Assembly (NCBI GenBank): GCA_015233495.1
Contig: JADFXQ010000009.1
Location: forward strand, 1-47,965
Source of the DNA: Candidatus Omnitrophota bacterium
GTDB lineage: Bacteria > Omnitrophota > Gorgyraeia > Zapsychrales > Zapsychraceae
Reading direction: 5' to 3'
DNA: 47,965 nt
Made by a program: the position numbers and the translations under genes. Positions 18,820 to 28,999 of this stretch are shown piece after piece (the first letter of the stretch is position 1; the number at the start of each line of letters is the position of its first letter). Under the pieces are notes generated by a model. That model was not told where the DNA came from. It saw nothing but the letters and a program-made list of their open reading frames with translations, and did not search any database.

Positions 18820-19439
18820 TTTTTCACCCTATCTAAAATTTTATTCAACGCTGGTCTGGTGACCAATATTTTTTTATGGAGTAAAACATCGTGCGCATTC
18901 ACGTCCTGCGGACGCACCACGGTCAATGACCGAATGTTACGCGCTGCCAGTTCAATATTAGCTTCTGTTTTATCGATGATTACCAAAATTTTTCCGGTTA
19001 AACCCAAAGCCTTAAGAACTTGCGCGAATTCCTTGGTCTTTTGCATCGCGTTGAAATCCGCGATACAACTTAAATTTCCGGCGATATTTTTGGCGTTCAA
19101 ACTTTCACGTAAAGCCGCCAAGCGTATCTTTTGCGGAACCGAATACCGATATTCCCGCGGATGCGGCCCCCAGACAACGCCGCCCTTTGTCCATAACGGC
19201 GACCGGGTCGAACCTTGCCGCGCCCGGCCGGTGCCTTTTTGCTTAAAAGGTTTTTTATTCCCGCCGGATACTTCCCCGCGCATTTTTGTGTCATGCGTGC
19301 CTTGCCTTTGGCAGGCCTGATACATCACCACCGCTTGATGAATCACGTCGGTATTGACTTTGGGGCCAAAAATATCTTCCGGGACTTCGATCCCTTCTTT
19401 TTTCTGCCCTTTAATGTCATATACATCAATTTGAGCCAC
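18816..19439 (-). CDS. rplD: 50S ribosomal protein L4
   Basis: KKPFKQKGTGRARQG and GGVVWGP motifs; GTG start. Confidence 0.97.
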   Translation of the reverse strand: MAQIDVYDIKGQKKEGIEVPEDIFGPKVNTDVIHQAVVMYQACQRQGTHDTKMRGEVSGGNKKPFKQKGTGRARQGSTRSPLWTKGGVVWGPHPREYRYSVPQKIRLAALRESLNAKNIAGNLSCIADFNAMQKTKEFAQVLKALGLTGKILVIIDKTEANIELAARNIRSLTVVRPQDVNAHDVLLHKKILVTRPALNKILDRVKK

Positions 19440-19458
19440 AATAATCCTCTTTGGTTGA

Positions 19459-20184
19459 CTACTTCTTCCCCGCCGGTTTAACCTGGGCTTTGGCCGCTTT
19501 TTTGCTCTGCTTCATCGGGTTCACTTTATGTTGCACAACCGCGCGTTTTTCATCCAAAGATTTGAATGCCTTTTTCCGAGAACGCAGAATCGTTAGCAAA
19601 CCATTTTTGGCTCCGGGAACCGCGCCGCGGACCATAATTAAATTTTGATCCGCGTCAACCCCCACCACCCGCAAACCCTGAATTGTCTTATTGTCACTTC
19701 CCATATGCCCGGGCATATTCCAACCTTTAATCGTCCGCCCCGGAAAGGTGCTGGCGCCGATCGAACCAACCCGCCGATGATGCATAGAACCATGCGATGC
19801 CGGACCGCCGCTCCAACCCCAACGTTTCATCCCGCCTTGAAAACCTTTGCCAATCGAGACGCCGGAAACATCCACAAAATCACCCGGCTTAAAAAAATCG
19901 GCTTTGATTTCCTGGCCGACTTGATAGCCTTCATTATTCGTGGAATCCATTTCCCGGATATATTTTTTCGGGGATAAACCCAATTTTTTATAATATCCGG
20001 CCGTCGGCTTATTTACTTTGGATTCCTTGATCCCTTCAAACCCCAATTGGACTTTTTTAGGATTATCCTTGACTGCCAGGACAGTGCAGGGCCCGGCTTC
20101 GATGATACTTACGGACATCTGATTGCCGTCTTTATCAAAAATCTGGGTCATGCCTAATTTTTTTCCGATTAAACCAGTAATCAT
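19459..20184 (-). CDS. rplC: 50S ribosomal protein L3
   Basis: GKKLGMTQ, GKGFQGGMKR and RGAVPG motifs. Confidence 0.98.
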   Translation of the reverse strand: MITGLIGKKLGMTQIFDKDGNQMSVSIIEAGPCTVLAVKDNPKKVQLGFEGIKESKVNKPTAGYYKKLGLSPKKYIREMDSTNNEGYQVGQEIKADFFKPGDFVDVSGVSIGKGFQGGMKRWGWSGGPASHGSMHHRRVGSIGASTFPGRTIKGWNMPGHMGSDNKTIQGLRVVGVDADQNLIMVRGAVPGAKNGLLTILRSRKKAFKSLDEKRAVVQHKVNPMKQSKKAAKAQVKPAGKK

Positions 20185-20199
20185 ATATTTCGTCCAACC

Positions 20200-20505
20200 T
20201 TAGGATTGCTTAATTTCAACGTCAACCCCGGCCGGAAGATTTAACTTCCGCAGGGATTCAACAGTTTTGGCAGTGGGTTCCAGCAAATCGATCAGCCGTT
20301 TATGCGTGGCTAACTGAAATTGTTCCCGGGATTTCTTGTCAATAACCGGGGAACGCAACACCGTGTAAAGCTCTTTTTTCGTCGGTAACGGTACCGGGCC
20401 GCATACTTTCGCCCCGGTGCGGATCGCCGTGTCAACGATTTCTTGGGCCGACTGATCTATCAATCGGTGGTCATAGGCCTTAAGTTTGATTCTAATCTTC
20501 TGCAT
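20200..20505 (-). CDS. rpsJ: 30S ribosomal protein S10
   Basis: [19 protein letters not shown] and KKSREQF motifs. An alternative start lies at 20529. Confidence 0.97.
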   Translation of the reverse strand: MQKIRIKLKAYDHRLIDQSAQEIVDTAIRTGAKVCGPVPLPTKKELYTVLRSPVIDKKSREQFQLATHKRLIDLLEPTAKTVESLRKLNLPAGVDVEIKQS

Positions 20506-20544
20506 ACCTGTCTCTTTTATGTGCCCCATCCCGTTTTGTTCGGG

Positions 20545-20600
20545 GGCTGTTGCGAAACCCTTTACGAATTCGTCGCAAAACTGAGTTTCGCGACAAGTCT
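20545..20600. repeat. Short inverted repeat resembling paired IS/MITE ends
   Basis: TGTTGCGAAAC (20548-20558) and GTTTCGCGACA (20585-20595) are 10/11 complementary. Confidence 0.45.
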
Positions 20601-20601
20601 T

Positions 20602-21795
20602 TTACGCGACCACTTCATGGATAACGCCCGCGCCGACCGTACGGCCGCCTTCGCGAATCGCGAAACGCAGTTCTTTATCCATAGCCACCGGCTGAATCAA
20701 TTCGACTTCCATTTCCACGTTGTCACCCGGCATACACATTTCCACGCCCGCCGGAAGTTTTGCCGTGCCCGTAACGTCCGTTGTCCGAAAATAAAACTGC
20801 GGTCTGTATCCGGTGAAGAACGGAGTATGCCGCCCGCCTTCTTCTTTCGTCAAAATATAAGACTTGGCTTTAAATTTGGTGTGCGGCTGGATCGATCCGG
20901 CAGCAGCCAAAACCTGACCGCGTTGAATATCTTCTTTATTAACGCCGCGCAACAATAAGCCGACATTGTCGCCCGCTTGTCCTTCATCCATTTCCTTGCG
21001 AAACATTTCCACACCCGTCACAACGGTCTTGGTAATTTCTTTTTTCATGCCCACGAGTTCGATTTCTTCGCCGACCTTGACCCGTCCGCGTTCAATACGA
21101 CCCGTAGCGACAGTCCCGCGGCCGGAGATGGTAAATACGTCTTCAACCGCCATCAAAAACGGTTTATCCAGTTCCCTTTTGGGTTCCGGGATAAAATCAT
21201 CGACCGCTTGCATTAAATCCACAATCGGTTTCGCGAGAACCGGGTCTGTCGGATTTTCCAACGCTTTGAGCGCGCTGCCGCGAATGATCGGGGTTTTATC
21301 GCCGTCGAAATTATACTTGGAAAGCAATTCACGAATTTCCATTTCCACCAGGTCCAACAATTCCGCGTCATCCACCATATCGCATTTATTCATAAAGACC
21401 ACGATCGACGGGACGTTCACCTGACGAGCTAAAAGAATATGCTCTTTAGTTTGCGGCATCGCGCCATCCGCGGCAGAAACCACGAGGATTGCGCCGTCCA
21501 TCTGTGCCGCGCCGGTAATCATGTTCTTAATATAATCCGCGTGGCCCGGGCAATCGATGTGGGCATAATGGCGTTTCTCAGTCTGATATTCAATATGCGA
21601 AATATTGATTGTGACGCCGCGCGCCTTTTCTTCCGGAGCGTTATCGATCGAATCATACGGACGTTCTTGAGCCAGCCCTTTTTTTGCTAAAACCATGGTG
21701 ATCGCCGCGGAGAGAGTCGTCTTTCCGTGATCGACGTGACCGATGGTGCCGATGTTCATGTGTGGTTTATTACGGACAAATTTTTCTTTAGCCAT
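20602..21795 (-). CDS. tuf: Elongation factor Tu
   Basis: [17 protein letters not shown] and [12 protein letters not shown] motifs. Confidence 0.99.
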   Translation of the reverse strand: MAKEKFVRNKPHMNIGTIGHVDHGKTTLSAAITMVLAKKGLAQERPYDSIDNAPEEKARGVTINISHIEYQTEKRHYAHIDCPGHADYIKNMITGAAQMDGAILVVSAADGAMPQTKEHILLARQVNVPSIVVFMNKCDMVDDAELLDLVEMEIRELLSKYNFDGDKTPIIRGSALKALENPTDPVLAKPIVDLMQAVDDFIPEPKRELDKPFLMAVEDVFTISGRGTVATGRIERGRVKVGEEIELVGMKKEITKTVVTGVEMFRKEMDEGQAGDNVGLLLRGVNKEDIQRGQVLAAAGSIQPHTKFKAKSYILTKEEGGRHTPFFTGYRPQFYFRTTDVTGTAKLPAGVEMCMPGDNVEMEVELIQPVAMDKELRFAIREGGRTVGAGVIHEVVA

Positions 21796-21831
21796 AATAT
21801 TCTCCTTGTTTTTAGGGAGCAGTTCTGTTTT

Positions 21832-21866
21832 TAAATGCTAAACCCTAATTCCTCATTCCTAAAATC
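21832..21866. repeat. 7-nt array
   Basis: TAAATGC-TAAACCC-TAATTCC-TCATTCC-TAAAATC in the fusA-tuf spacer. Confidence 0.55.
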
Positions 21867-23976
21867 AACGACCATGTTTACGATTCAAATATTCCTGCCG
21901 CGCGCCGATGATCTTATCCGCTATATATTGCGGAACCTGCTCATAATGAGAAGGTTCCATTGAAAAAGAAGCGCGGCCCTGTGACAACGAGCGTACCGCG
22001 TTTACATAATTAAACATTTCCGCCAGCGGCACGTTGCAACGCGCGATCTTCAAATTCGCCCGAGTGCCTAAACTAACAATCTGCGCCCGGCGCTGGTTCA
22101 GATCGCCCATCACGGAACTCATGTACTCTTCCGGTGACGTAACTTCCAAATCCATGATCGGCTCTAGAAAAACCGATTTGCCTTTAACCAACGCGTCGCG
22201 TAAAGCGATTTTGGCCGCCAGTTGAAACGCGAGTTCACTGGAGTCCACATCGTGATACGAACCATCCACTAACGTGACGATGACGTCGACCACCGGATAC
22301 CCTGCCAAAACGCCCGACAGGCAACCATCATTAATCCCGCGTTCCACCGAACCGATATATTCGCGGGGAATCACGCCGCCCCGGATTTTGTCGATAAAAA
22401 TATTGCCCTTGCCGCTTTCCGAATTGCGTTCGATATCAATAACCACGTGACCATATTGACCACGCCCGCCGGATTGGGCAATGTGTTTTCCGACAACGCC
22501 GGTGACTTTCTGCACAATCGTTTCTTTATATGCCACTTCCGGACGGCCCACCGTGGTTTCCAAATTATGTTCCCGGCGCATCCGGTCAACAATGATTTCT
22601 AAGTGCAACTCTCCCATCCCTTTGATAATCGTCTGGGCCGTCTCATGATCATAATCAACACGCAGCGAAGGATCTTCATCCAAAAATTTACGGATCACCA
22701 GCCCCATTTTATCATTATCCGCTTTGGTTTTGGGTTCCAGCGACATCGAAACCACCGGCTCCGGGATCCGCATATTTTCCAGAACAAATTTCTGCTCCGT
22801 ACTGCACAATGTATGGCCGGTCTTCGACTCTTTTAAACCCACTAAAGCGACAATATCTCCAGCGGAAGCCTTGGCAATAATTTCCTGTTTGTTGGCGTGC
22901 ATCAAAACGATTTTGGCAATGCGTTCTTTCGATTTCACCGATGAATTCAAAACCTGTTCACCCTGCGAAATAGTCCCCGAGTAAATCCGGGTGTAAAATA
23001 ATTTTCCGACATAAGGATCGGACATGATCTTGAAAACCAAAGCGGTTAACGGGGCTTTCGGATCCGGACCGAGCTCCGTGATCAACTCGAGATTTTCGCA
23101 GTGGTGCGCTTTTACCGGCGGCACATCTAAAGGGGATGGAAGATATTCCGTAATCCCATCCAACAAAAGTTGGACACCCTTATTCTTCAATGATGTTCCG
23201 CAAAAAACCGGAACAAACAAATTCTTGATTGTGGCCCGGCGAATCGCGGCCTTGATTTCTTCCGGAGCCACCGGCTTTTCTTCCAAAAATTTCTCCATGA
23301 TAAAATCATCGCCATCCGAGAGCCGTTCGAGCAATTTATGTTTGAATTCCGCTACCTTAGCCTTAAATTTTTCCGGGACTGGCAAAATTTCAATTTCTTT
23401 GCCAACATCATCTTTGTAAAGATGATATTGCTCGGTGATTATATCAATTATCCCATGCACCTGGTCTTCCGTGCCGTCAGGAAATTCAACCGCCGCGGCG
23501 TTCGCGCCTAAGCGCTCGTGAATCTCGCCCAAAACCCGCTCAAAACTGGCGCCCAAACGGTCCAATTTGTTGATAAATACCATCCGCGGCACTTGGTAGC
23601 GGTCGGCTTGACGCCAAACCGTTTCGGTTTGCGGCTGCACGCCGCTGGTCGCGCACATGACTACCACCGCGCCGTCTAACACTTTCAAAGAACGTTCCAC
23701 TTCCATCGTGAAATCCACGTGGCCCGGAGTATCGATCAAGTTTAACCGCTTCCCCTTCCAAAAGCAAGTCGTGCTCGCGGCCGTAATGGTGATCCCGCGT
23801 TCTTGCTCTTGCTCCATGAAATCCATGGTCGTGTTTCCGTCGTCGATATCCCCCATTTTATGGATCACGCCCGTGTAAAAAAGAATCCGTTCCGTAGTCG
23901 TCGTCTTACCCGCGTCAATATGCGCGATGATCCCAAAATTCCGGTAGTCTTTAAGTTCGATTTTTTCGTCAGCCAT
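21865..23976 (-). CDS. fusA: Elongation factor G
   Basis: AHIDAGKTTTTERIL, DTPGHVDF, GMGELHL and DGSYHDVDSS motifs. Confidence 0.99.
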   Translation of the reverse strand: MADEKIELKDYRNFGIIAHIDAGKTTTTERILFYTGVIHKMGDIDDGNTTMDFMEQEQERGITITAASTTCFWKGKRLNLIDTPGHVDFTMEVERSLKVLDGAVVVMCATSGVQPQTETVWRQADRYQVPRMVFINKLDRLGASFERVLGEIHERLGANAAAVEFPDGTEDQVHGIIDIITEQYHLYKDDVGKEIEILPVPEKFKAKVAEFKHKLLERLSDGDDFIMEKFLEEKPVAPEEIKAAIRRATIKNLFVPVFCGTSLKNKGVQLLLDGITEYLPSPLDVPPVKAHHCENLELITELGPDPKAPLTALVFKIMSDPYVGKLFYTRIYSGTISQGEQVLNSSVKSKERIAKIVLMHANKQEIIAKASAGDIVALVGLKESKTGHTLCSTEQKFVLENMRIPEPVVSMSLEPKTKADNDKMGLVIRKFLDEDPSLRVDYDHETAQTIIKGMGELHLEIIVDRMRREHNLETTVGRPEVAYKETIVQKVTGVVGKHIAQSGGRGQYGHVVIDIERNSESGKGNIFIDKIRGGVIPREYIGSVERGINDGCLSGVLAGYPVVDVIVTLVDGSYHDVDSSELAFQLAAKIALRDALVKGKSVFLEPIMDLEVTSPEEYMSSVMGDLNQRRAQIVSLGTRANLKIARCNVPLAEMFNYVNAVRSLSQGRASFSMEPSHYEQVPQYIADKIIGARQEYLNRKHGR

Positions 23977-24036
23977 TTTCTTCTTCTTTATCTTTTCTCA
24001 GGGACACTCGATGCAGCTGCCCCTGCTGTTCTGCTT

Positions 24037-24071
24037 TAACCCTTGAGCCTTAGCCCTTGAGTCTTAAGCGG
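24037..24071. repeat. 7-nt array
   Basis: TAACCCT-TGAGCCT-TAGCCCT-TGAGTCT-TAAGCGG in the rpsG-fusA spacer. Confidence 0.6.
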
Positions 24072-24079
24072 CAAGCGCT

Positions 24080-24550
24080 TTACCACTTCAAATGCGCAAA
24101 AGCCTTATTGGCCTCCGCCATTTTGTGCGTGTCGTCCCGTTTCTTGACTGCCGCGCCTTCGCCCTTGTACGCGGATAAAAGTTCTTCCGCGAGTTTCTGC
24201 GTCATGGGTCGGCCCTTTTTCTTGCGCGCGAAATCGCGAACCCAACGCATAGCCAAAGAATTACCGCGGTTTGCCGGAACTTCGATGGGGACTTGATAGG
24301 TAGCGCCACCCACTCGGCGGGATTTTAACTCCAATTTGGGGCGGATATTATCCAAGGCCTTGGTGAACGCTTTCAAGCCGCTTTGATCTTGCGTTTTTTC
24401 TTCTAAAATTTTAATCGCGCCGTAAACTACATTTTCGGCTAAAACTTTTTTACCTTCCAGCATCAGCATATTGATGAATTTGGTCACCAAGCGGCTGTTG
24501 AATTTTGGATCTGGGGGAGGTTCCCGTTTTTCTGCGGCTCGTCTTCTCAT
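24080..24550 (-). CDS. rpsG: 30S ribosomal protein S7
   Basis: KSRRVGGATYQVP and HKMAEANKAFAH motifs. Confidence 0.98.
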   Translation of the reverse strand: MRRRAAEKREPPPDPKFNSRLVTKFINMLMLEGKKVLAENVVYGAIKILEEKTQDQSGLKAFTKALDNIRPKLELKSRRVGGATYQVPIEVPANRGNSLAMRWVRDFARKKKGRPMTQKLAEELLSAYKGEGAAVKKRDDTHKMAEANKAFAHLKW

Positions 24551-24555
24551 ACGTC

Positions 24556-24930
24556 TTACTTGCTTTCCTTTTTAGCCCCATATTTAGAACGGGACCGTTT
24601 GCGGGACTTTACACCCGCGGAATCCAGGGTTCCACGCACAATGTGATAACGGACGCCGGGTAAATCCTTCACGCGGCCCCCGCGCACCAAAACGATCGAA
24701 TGCTCCTGCAAATTATGACCTTCACCGGGAATATAAGCGGTGACTTCATATTTATTTGACAAACGCACCCGGGCGATTTTCCGTAAAGCCGAATTCGGTT
24801 TTTTCGGCGTCATGGTCCGCACCTGCAAACACACGCCGCGCCGAAACGGGCAGCTGGTCAAGGCGGGTGATTTACTCTTGTTCCGTTTTTGAATCCGGCT
24901 GGTTCGAATGATCTGTTGTATCGTCGGCAT
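24556..24930 (-). CDS. rpsL: 30S ribosomal protein S12
   Basis: [17 protein letters not shown] and [12 protein letters not shown] motifs. Confidence 0.99.
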   Translation of the reverse strand: MPTIQQIIRTSRIQKRNKSKSPALTSCPFRRGVCLQVRTMTPKKPNSALRKIARVRLSNKYEVTAYIPGEGHNLQEHSIVLVRGGRVKDLPGVRYHIVRGTLDSAGVKSRKRSRSKYGAKKESK

Positions 24931-27900
24931 GCTTCACCATTTCCACTTCGTTATATTTTGGCAACCCGGTCCCCGCGGGGATCAAATGGCCCACAATCAC
25001 GTTTTCTTTGAGCCCTTGAAGATCGTCCACTTTACCAGAAGAGGAGGCATCTGTCAAGACTCTTGTTGTTTCTTGGAAACTCGCCGCGGAAATAAAACTC
25101 TCCGTCGTGAGCGAGACTTTCGTGATCCCTAATAAAAGCGGCGTCGCGCGCGCCGGTTTCTTTTTCTTTTTCATAACATCGTCGTTGGCTTTTTTAAATG
25201 TCACGCGGCTGATCTGCTGTCCGACGAGAAATTCGGTGTCGCCCGATTCTTCAATCAAAACTTTTTTCAGCATCTGCGAAATAATGAGCTCAATATGCTT
25301 GTCATTGATGCGCACGCCTTGCAGACGATAAACTTCTTGGACTTCGTTTAATAGATATTCCTGCAAAACCTTGTCGCCGCAAACCCGCAAAATATCATGC
25401 GGCACCACCGGTCCGTCCGTCAACTGCTGGCCTGCGAAAACCCGGTCCCCTTTATAAACGTTGGGATGCTTGCCATGCGGGATGGTGTATTCCGCGGTCG
25501 TTCCCGTCGGCGATTTAACAATGATCGTCCGCCGGCCTTTTTTGTCTTCGCCAAATTCGACGACGCCGTCGATCTCGCTGATCACCGCCGGGTCTTTCGG
25601 CCGACGCGCTTCGAACAATTCCGCGACCCGCGGCAAACCGCCGGTGATGTCGCGCGTCTTTTGCGCGCCGCGCGGAATTTTTGCGACGAGGTCGCCGGCG
25701 TTGATGGCCTGTTGATCGCTGACCAAAATATGCGCCCCGATCGGAATCGAGTAGATGCCGACAATCTCTTTTTTCTCGTCGGTAATTATGATCTGCGGAT
25801 GAAATTCCTGTTTATGCTCGACGACCACGCGCTCCGTGACGCCCGTGATCGGATTTTGCTCTTCCTGAACGGTGACCTCATTGATCAAATCTTCCGAATT
25901 GACCGTCCCTTTGACTTCCGTGATGATCGGAATAGTATACGGGTCCCAAGTGACAAAGATAAAATCTTTCTTAACATTGCCGCCGTCGGGGATTTTGATC
26001 ACCGCGCCCTGCGGCAATTGGTAGCGTTCGAATTCCCGTCCGTATTCATTGTTTATGCTGACGGATCCATTGCGGTTTAAAACAATAAATTCATTGCCTT
26101 TTTGAACGACGCGCAACTGATGATAGCGCAAAATTCCTTCGTTCTTCGCTTTGCAAAAGGACTGTTCAATCGACCGGCTCGCCGTGCCGCCGATGTGGAA
26201 CGTCCGCATCGTTAACTGAGTTCCCGGCTCGCCGATACTTTGCGCCGCAATAATCCCCACCGCTTCGCCGATTTCCACCATCCGTTGGGTCGCCAAATTC
26301 CGGCCATAGCATTTAATGCACAAACCCGTTTCCGCCTCGCAAGTCAAAACACTGCGGATCCGCACTTTTTCTATGCCCAGATGTTCAATAAGCTCGGCTT
26401 TTTCTTCGGTGATGAGTTCGCCCGCTTCCACGACGACCTGATCGGTGACAATATCCACAATGCTGTCCAAGGCCACGCGGCCGATAATCCGTTCTTTCAA
26501 ACTGACGACCAATTCATCGCCTTCGATGATCGCCGCGACAGTGATCCCGTTTAGCGTCCCGCAATCATCCACGGTGACGACCATTTCTTGGGCCACGTCC
26601 ACCAACCGGCGCGTCAAATACCCCGCATCCGCGGTTTTTAAGGCCGTGTCCGCCAAACCCTTGCGGGCGCCGTGCGTGGAGATGAAATATTCCAACACGT
26701 TTAACCCTTCCCGGAAGCTGGCCGTGATCGGATTTTCAATAATTTCGCCCGATGGTTTGGCCATCAACCCGCGCATACCCGAAAGCTGGCGCACCTGCAG
26801 ACGCGAACCGCGCGCGCCGGAGTCGGCCATGATGTACACCGGATTAAACGGATGCATTTTCTTAAAAACCAAATCCGAAATCGATTCCGTCGTATGCGTC
26901 CATATATCAATGACTTTGTTCGACCGTTCGCGGCCGGTAATAATCCCTTTGGCGTATTGATCTTCGACTTTCGCGACCTCTTGCCGGGAATTTTTTAAAA
27001 TATCTTTTTTCTCGGGCGGAATCGTTAAATCCGCGATCGAAATTGAGATCCCGGCTAAAGTCGCGTTGATAAATCCGCATTCTTTTAAAGCATCCAACAA
27101 CTGGATAGTCTGCGCCTGGCCAAACCGCTTATAACAATCGGAAATGACTGCGCCGATTTTCTTTTTATCGAGGAGTTCATTGACGTAACCGTAATTAGCC
27201 GGCAAAATTTGATTAAAAATGACCCGGCCCACCGTTGTCTCAATGATGCGGTTCTTCAGCGCTTCCGCCGAACGCTCACCGGTAGTAATCGCCGCGTCCT
27301 CGGTAATGATCAACGAAGGCTTCTCTTCGCCCCAGATCGCGTCATTCAAACGCAGCTTAATGCCCTGATGCAAATCAAGGACGCCGTCGTTGTACGCGAT
27401 GATCACTTCTTCTTTCGTGGCGTAAATCCGGTTATCGTCTTTTTTATCCGGGTCTTCCTTTGAAAGATAATACAATCCCAAAACCATGTCCTGAGACGGT
27501 GAAATAATCGGACGGCCGTCTGCCGGCGAAAATAAATTGTTAACCGAAAGCAATTGCAGCCGGCATTCCATCTGCGCCTCGATTGACAAAGGCACGTGCA
27601 CGGCCATTTGATCGCCGTCGAAATCCGCGTTAAAAGCCGCGCAAACCAAAGGATGTAGTTTAATCGCCTTGCCTTCAATCAACCGCGGATAAAAAGCCTG
27701 AATACTCAAACGATGCAGAGTCGGAGCGCGGTTAAGCATGATCGGATGATCCTTAATAACCTCATCCAGTATATCCCAAACCTCAACCTTGGCCCGTTCT
27801 ACCATGCGCTTCGCGCCTTTGATCGTGTGCACATAACCTTTTTCGCGCAATTTGCGGATAATAAACGGCTCAAACAATTCCAAAGCCATTTTCTTAGGCA

Positions 27901-28993
27901 ACCCGCATTCGTGCAATTGCAAAGTCGGGCCAACGACGATAACCGAACGGCCGGAATAATCAACCCGTTTTCCCAAAAGGTTCATCCGGAACCGGCCCTG
28001 CTTGCCCTTAAGCATATCGGACAGGGATTTCAAAGGCCGGTTTCCCGAGCCCAAAACCGGACGGCCATGCCGGCCATTGTCCAAAAGCGCGTCAACCGCC
28101 TCCTGGAGCATCCGTTTTTCGTTGCGGCAGATGATTTCCGGAGCTTTCAAATCCATCAACTTTTTCAAGCGATTGTTGCGATTGATAACCCGGCGGTATA
28201 AATCATTTAAATCCGATGTGGCAAACCGGCCTCCCTCCAGCGGAACCAGCGGACGCAAGTCCGGCGGGATCACGGGGAGAACTTCTAAAACCATCCATTC
28301 CGGTTTGTTTCCGGAATTTTTAAAATCGTCGACGATTTTAAGCGACTTGGCGATTTTTTTCGCGTTGGTCCCCGTCGGATTGGATTTTTCCAAATCTTTG
28401 CGGAGTTTTTTGCACAAAACATCGAGATCATATTCCTTCAAAAGATCGCGCACCGCTTCCGCGCCGATCTTGGCCTTGAACCCCGTGCCGTATTTAACCA
28501 AGGCATCTTGATATTCGTCTTCCGAGAGAAATTGTTTATGTTTAAGCGGCGTGTCGCCGGGATCAATGACCACATATTCTTCATAATAAATGAGTTTTTC
28601 CAAATCGCGCAACGCGACCTGCAGCAAGGCGGCCAAACGGCTGGGGACCGCTTTGTAAAACCAAATATGCGTGACGGGGCAGGCTAATTCGATATGTCCC
28701 ATCCGTTCCCGCCGGACCGCGGCCCGCGTCACCGTGACGCCGCAACGGTCGCAGGTGATCCCCTTGAATTTGATCCCTTTATATTTTCCGCAATTGCATT
28801 CCCAATCCCGGACCGGTCCAAAAATCTTTTCGCAAAAAAGACCGTCCTTTTCCGGCTTAAGAGTGCGGTAATTCAAAGTTTCCGCCTTGCGTACCGCCCC
28901 ATTTGACCAAGCGCGGATGGTTTCCGGCGAAGCAATGAGAATCGTAATTTTATCTTGCGTGGTGTCCAAGCGTTCTGTTTTCTTCTTTATCAT
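24872..28993 (-). CDS. rpoC: RNA polymerase beta' subunit
   Basis: Catalytic NADFDGD motif, N-terminal Zn finger CNC...CDRC and [13 protein letters not shown]. Confidence 0.99.
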   Translation of the reverse strand: MIKKKTERLDTTQDKITILIASPETIRAWSNGAVRKAETLNYRTLKPEKDGLFCEKIFGPVRDWECNCGKYKGIKFKGITCDRCGVTVTRAAVRRERMGHIELACPVTHIWFYKAVPSRLAALLQVALRDLEKLIYYEEYVVIDPGDTPLKHKQFLSEDEYQDALVKYGTGFKAKIGAEAVRDLLKEYDLDVLCKKLRKDLEKSNPTGTNAKKIAKSLKIVDDFKNSGNKPEWMVLEVLPVIPPDLRPLVPLEGGRFATSDLNDLYRRVINRNNRLKKLMDLKAPEIICRNEKRMLQEAVDALLDNGRHGRPVLGSGNRPLKSLSDMLKGKQGRFRMNLLGKRVDYSGRSVIVVGPTLQLHECGLPKKMALELFEPFIIRKLREKGYVHTIKGAKRMVERAKVEVWDILDEVIKDHPIMLNRAPTLHRLSIQAFYPRLIEGKAIKLHPLVCAAFNADFDGDQMAVHVPLSIEAQMECRLQLLSVNNLFSPADGRPIISPSQDMVLGLYYLSKEDPDKKDDNRIYATKEEVIIAYNDGVLDLHQGIKLRLNDAIWGEEKPSLIITEDAAITTGERSAEALKNRIIETTVGRVIFNQILPANYGYVNELLDKKKIGAVISDCYKRFGQAQTIQLLDALKECGFINATLAGISISIADLTIPPEKKDILKNSRQEVAKVEDQYAKGIITGRERSNKVIDIWTHTTESISDLVFKKMHPFNPVYIMADSGARGSRLQVRQLSGMRGLMAKPSGEIIENPITASFREGLNVLEYFISTHGARKGLADTALKTADAGYLTRRLVDVAQEMVVTVDDCGTLNGITVAAIIEGDELVVSLKERIIGRVALDSIVDIVTDQVVVEAGELITEEKAELIEHLGIEKVRIRSVLTCEAETGLCIKCYGRNLATQRMVEIGEAVGIIAAQSIGEPGTQLTMRTFHIGGTASRSIEQSFCKAKNEGILRYHQLRVVQKGNEFIVLNRNGSVSINNEYGREFERYQLPQGAVIKIPDGGNVKKDFIFVTWDPYTIPIITEVKGTVNSEDLINEVTVQEEQNPITGVTERVVVEHKQEFHPQIIITDEKKEIVGIYSIPIGAHILVSDQQAINAGDLVAKIPRGAQKTRDITGGLPRVAELFEARRPKDPAVISEIDGVVEFGEDKKGRRTIIVKSPTGTTAEYTIPHGKHPNVYKGDRVFAGQQLTDGPVVPHDILRVCGDKVLQEYLLNEVQEVYRLQGVRINDKHIELIISQMLKKVLIEESGDTEFLVGQQISRVTFKKANDDVMKKKKKPARATPLLLGITKVSLTTESFISAASFQETTRVLTDASSSGKVDDLQGLKENVIVGHLIPAGTGLPKYNEVEMVKHADDTTDHSNQPDSKTEQE

Positions 28994-28999
28994 AGCCCG

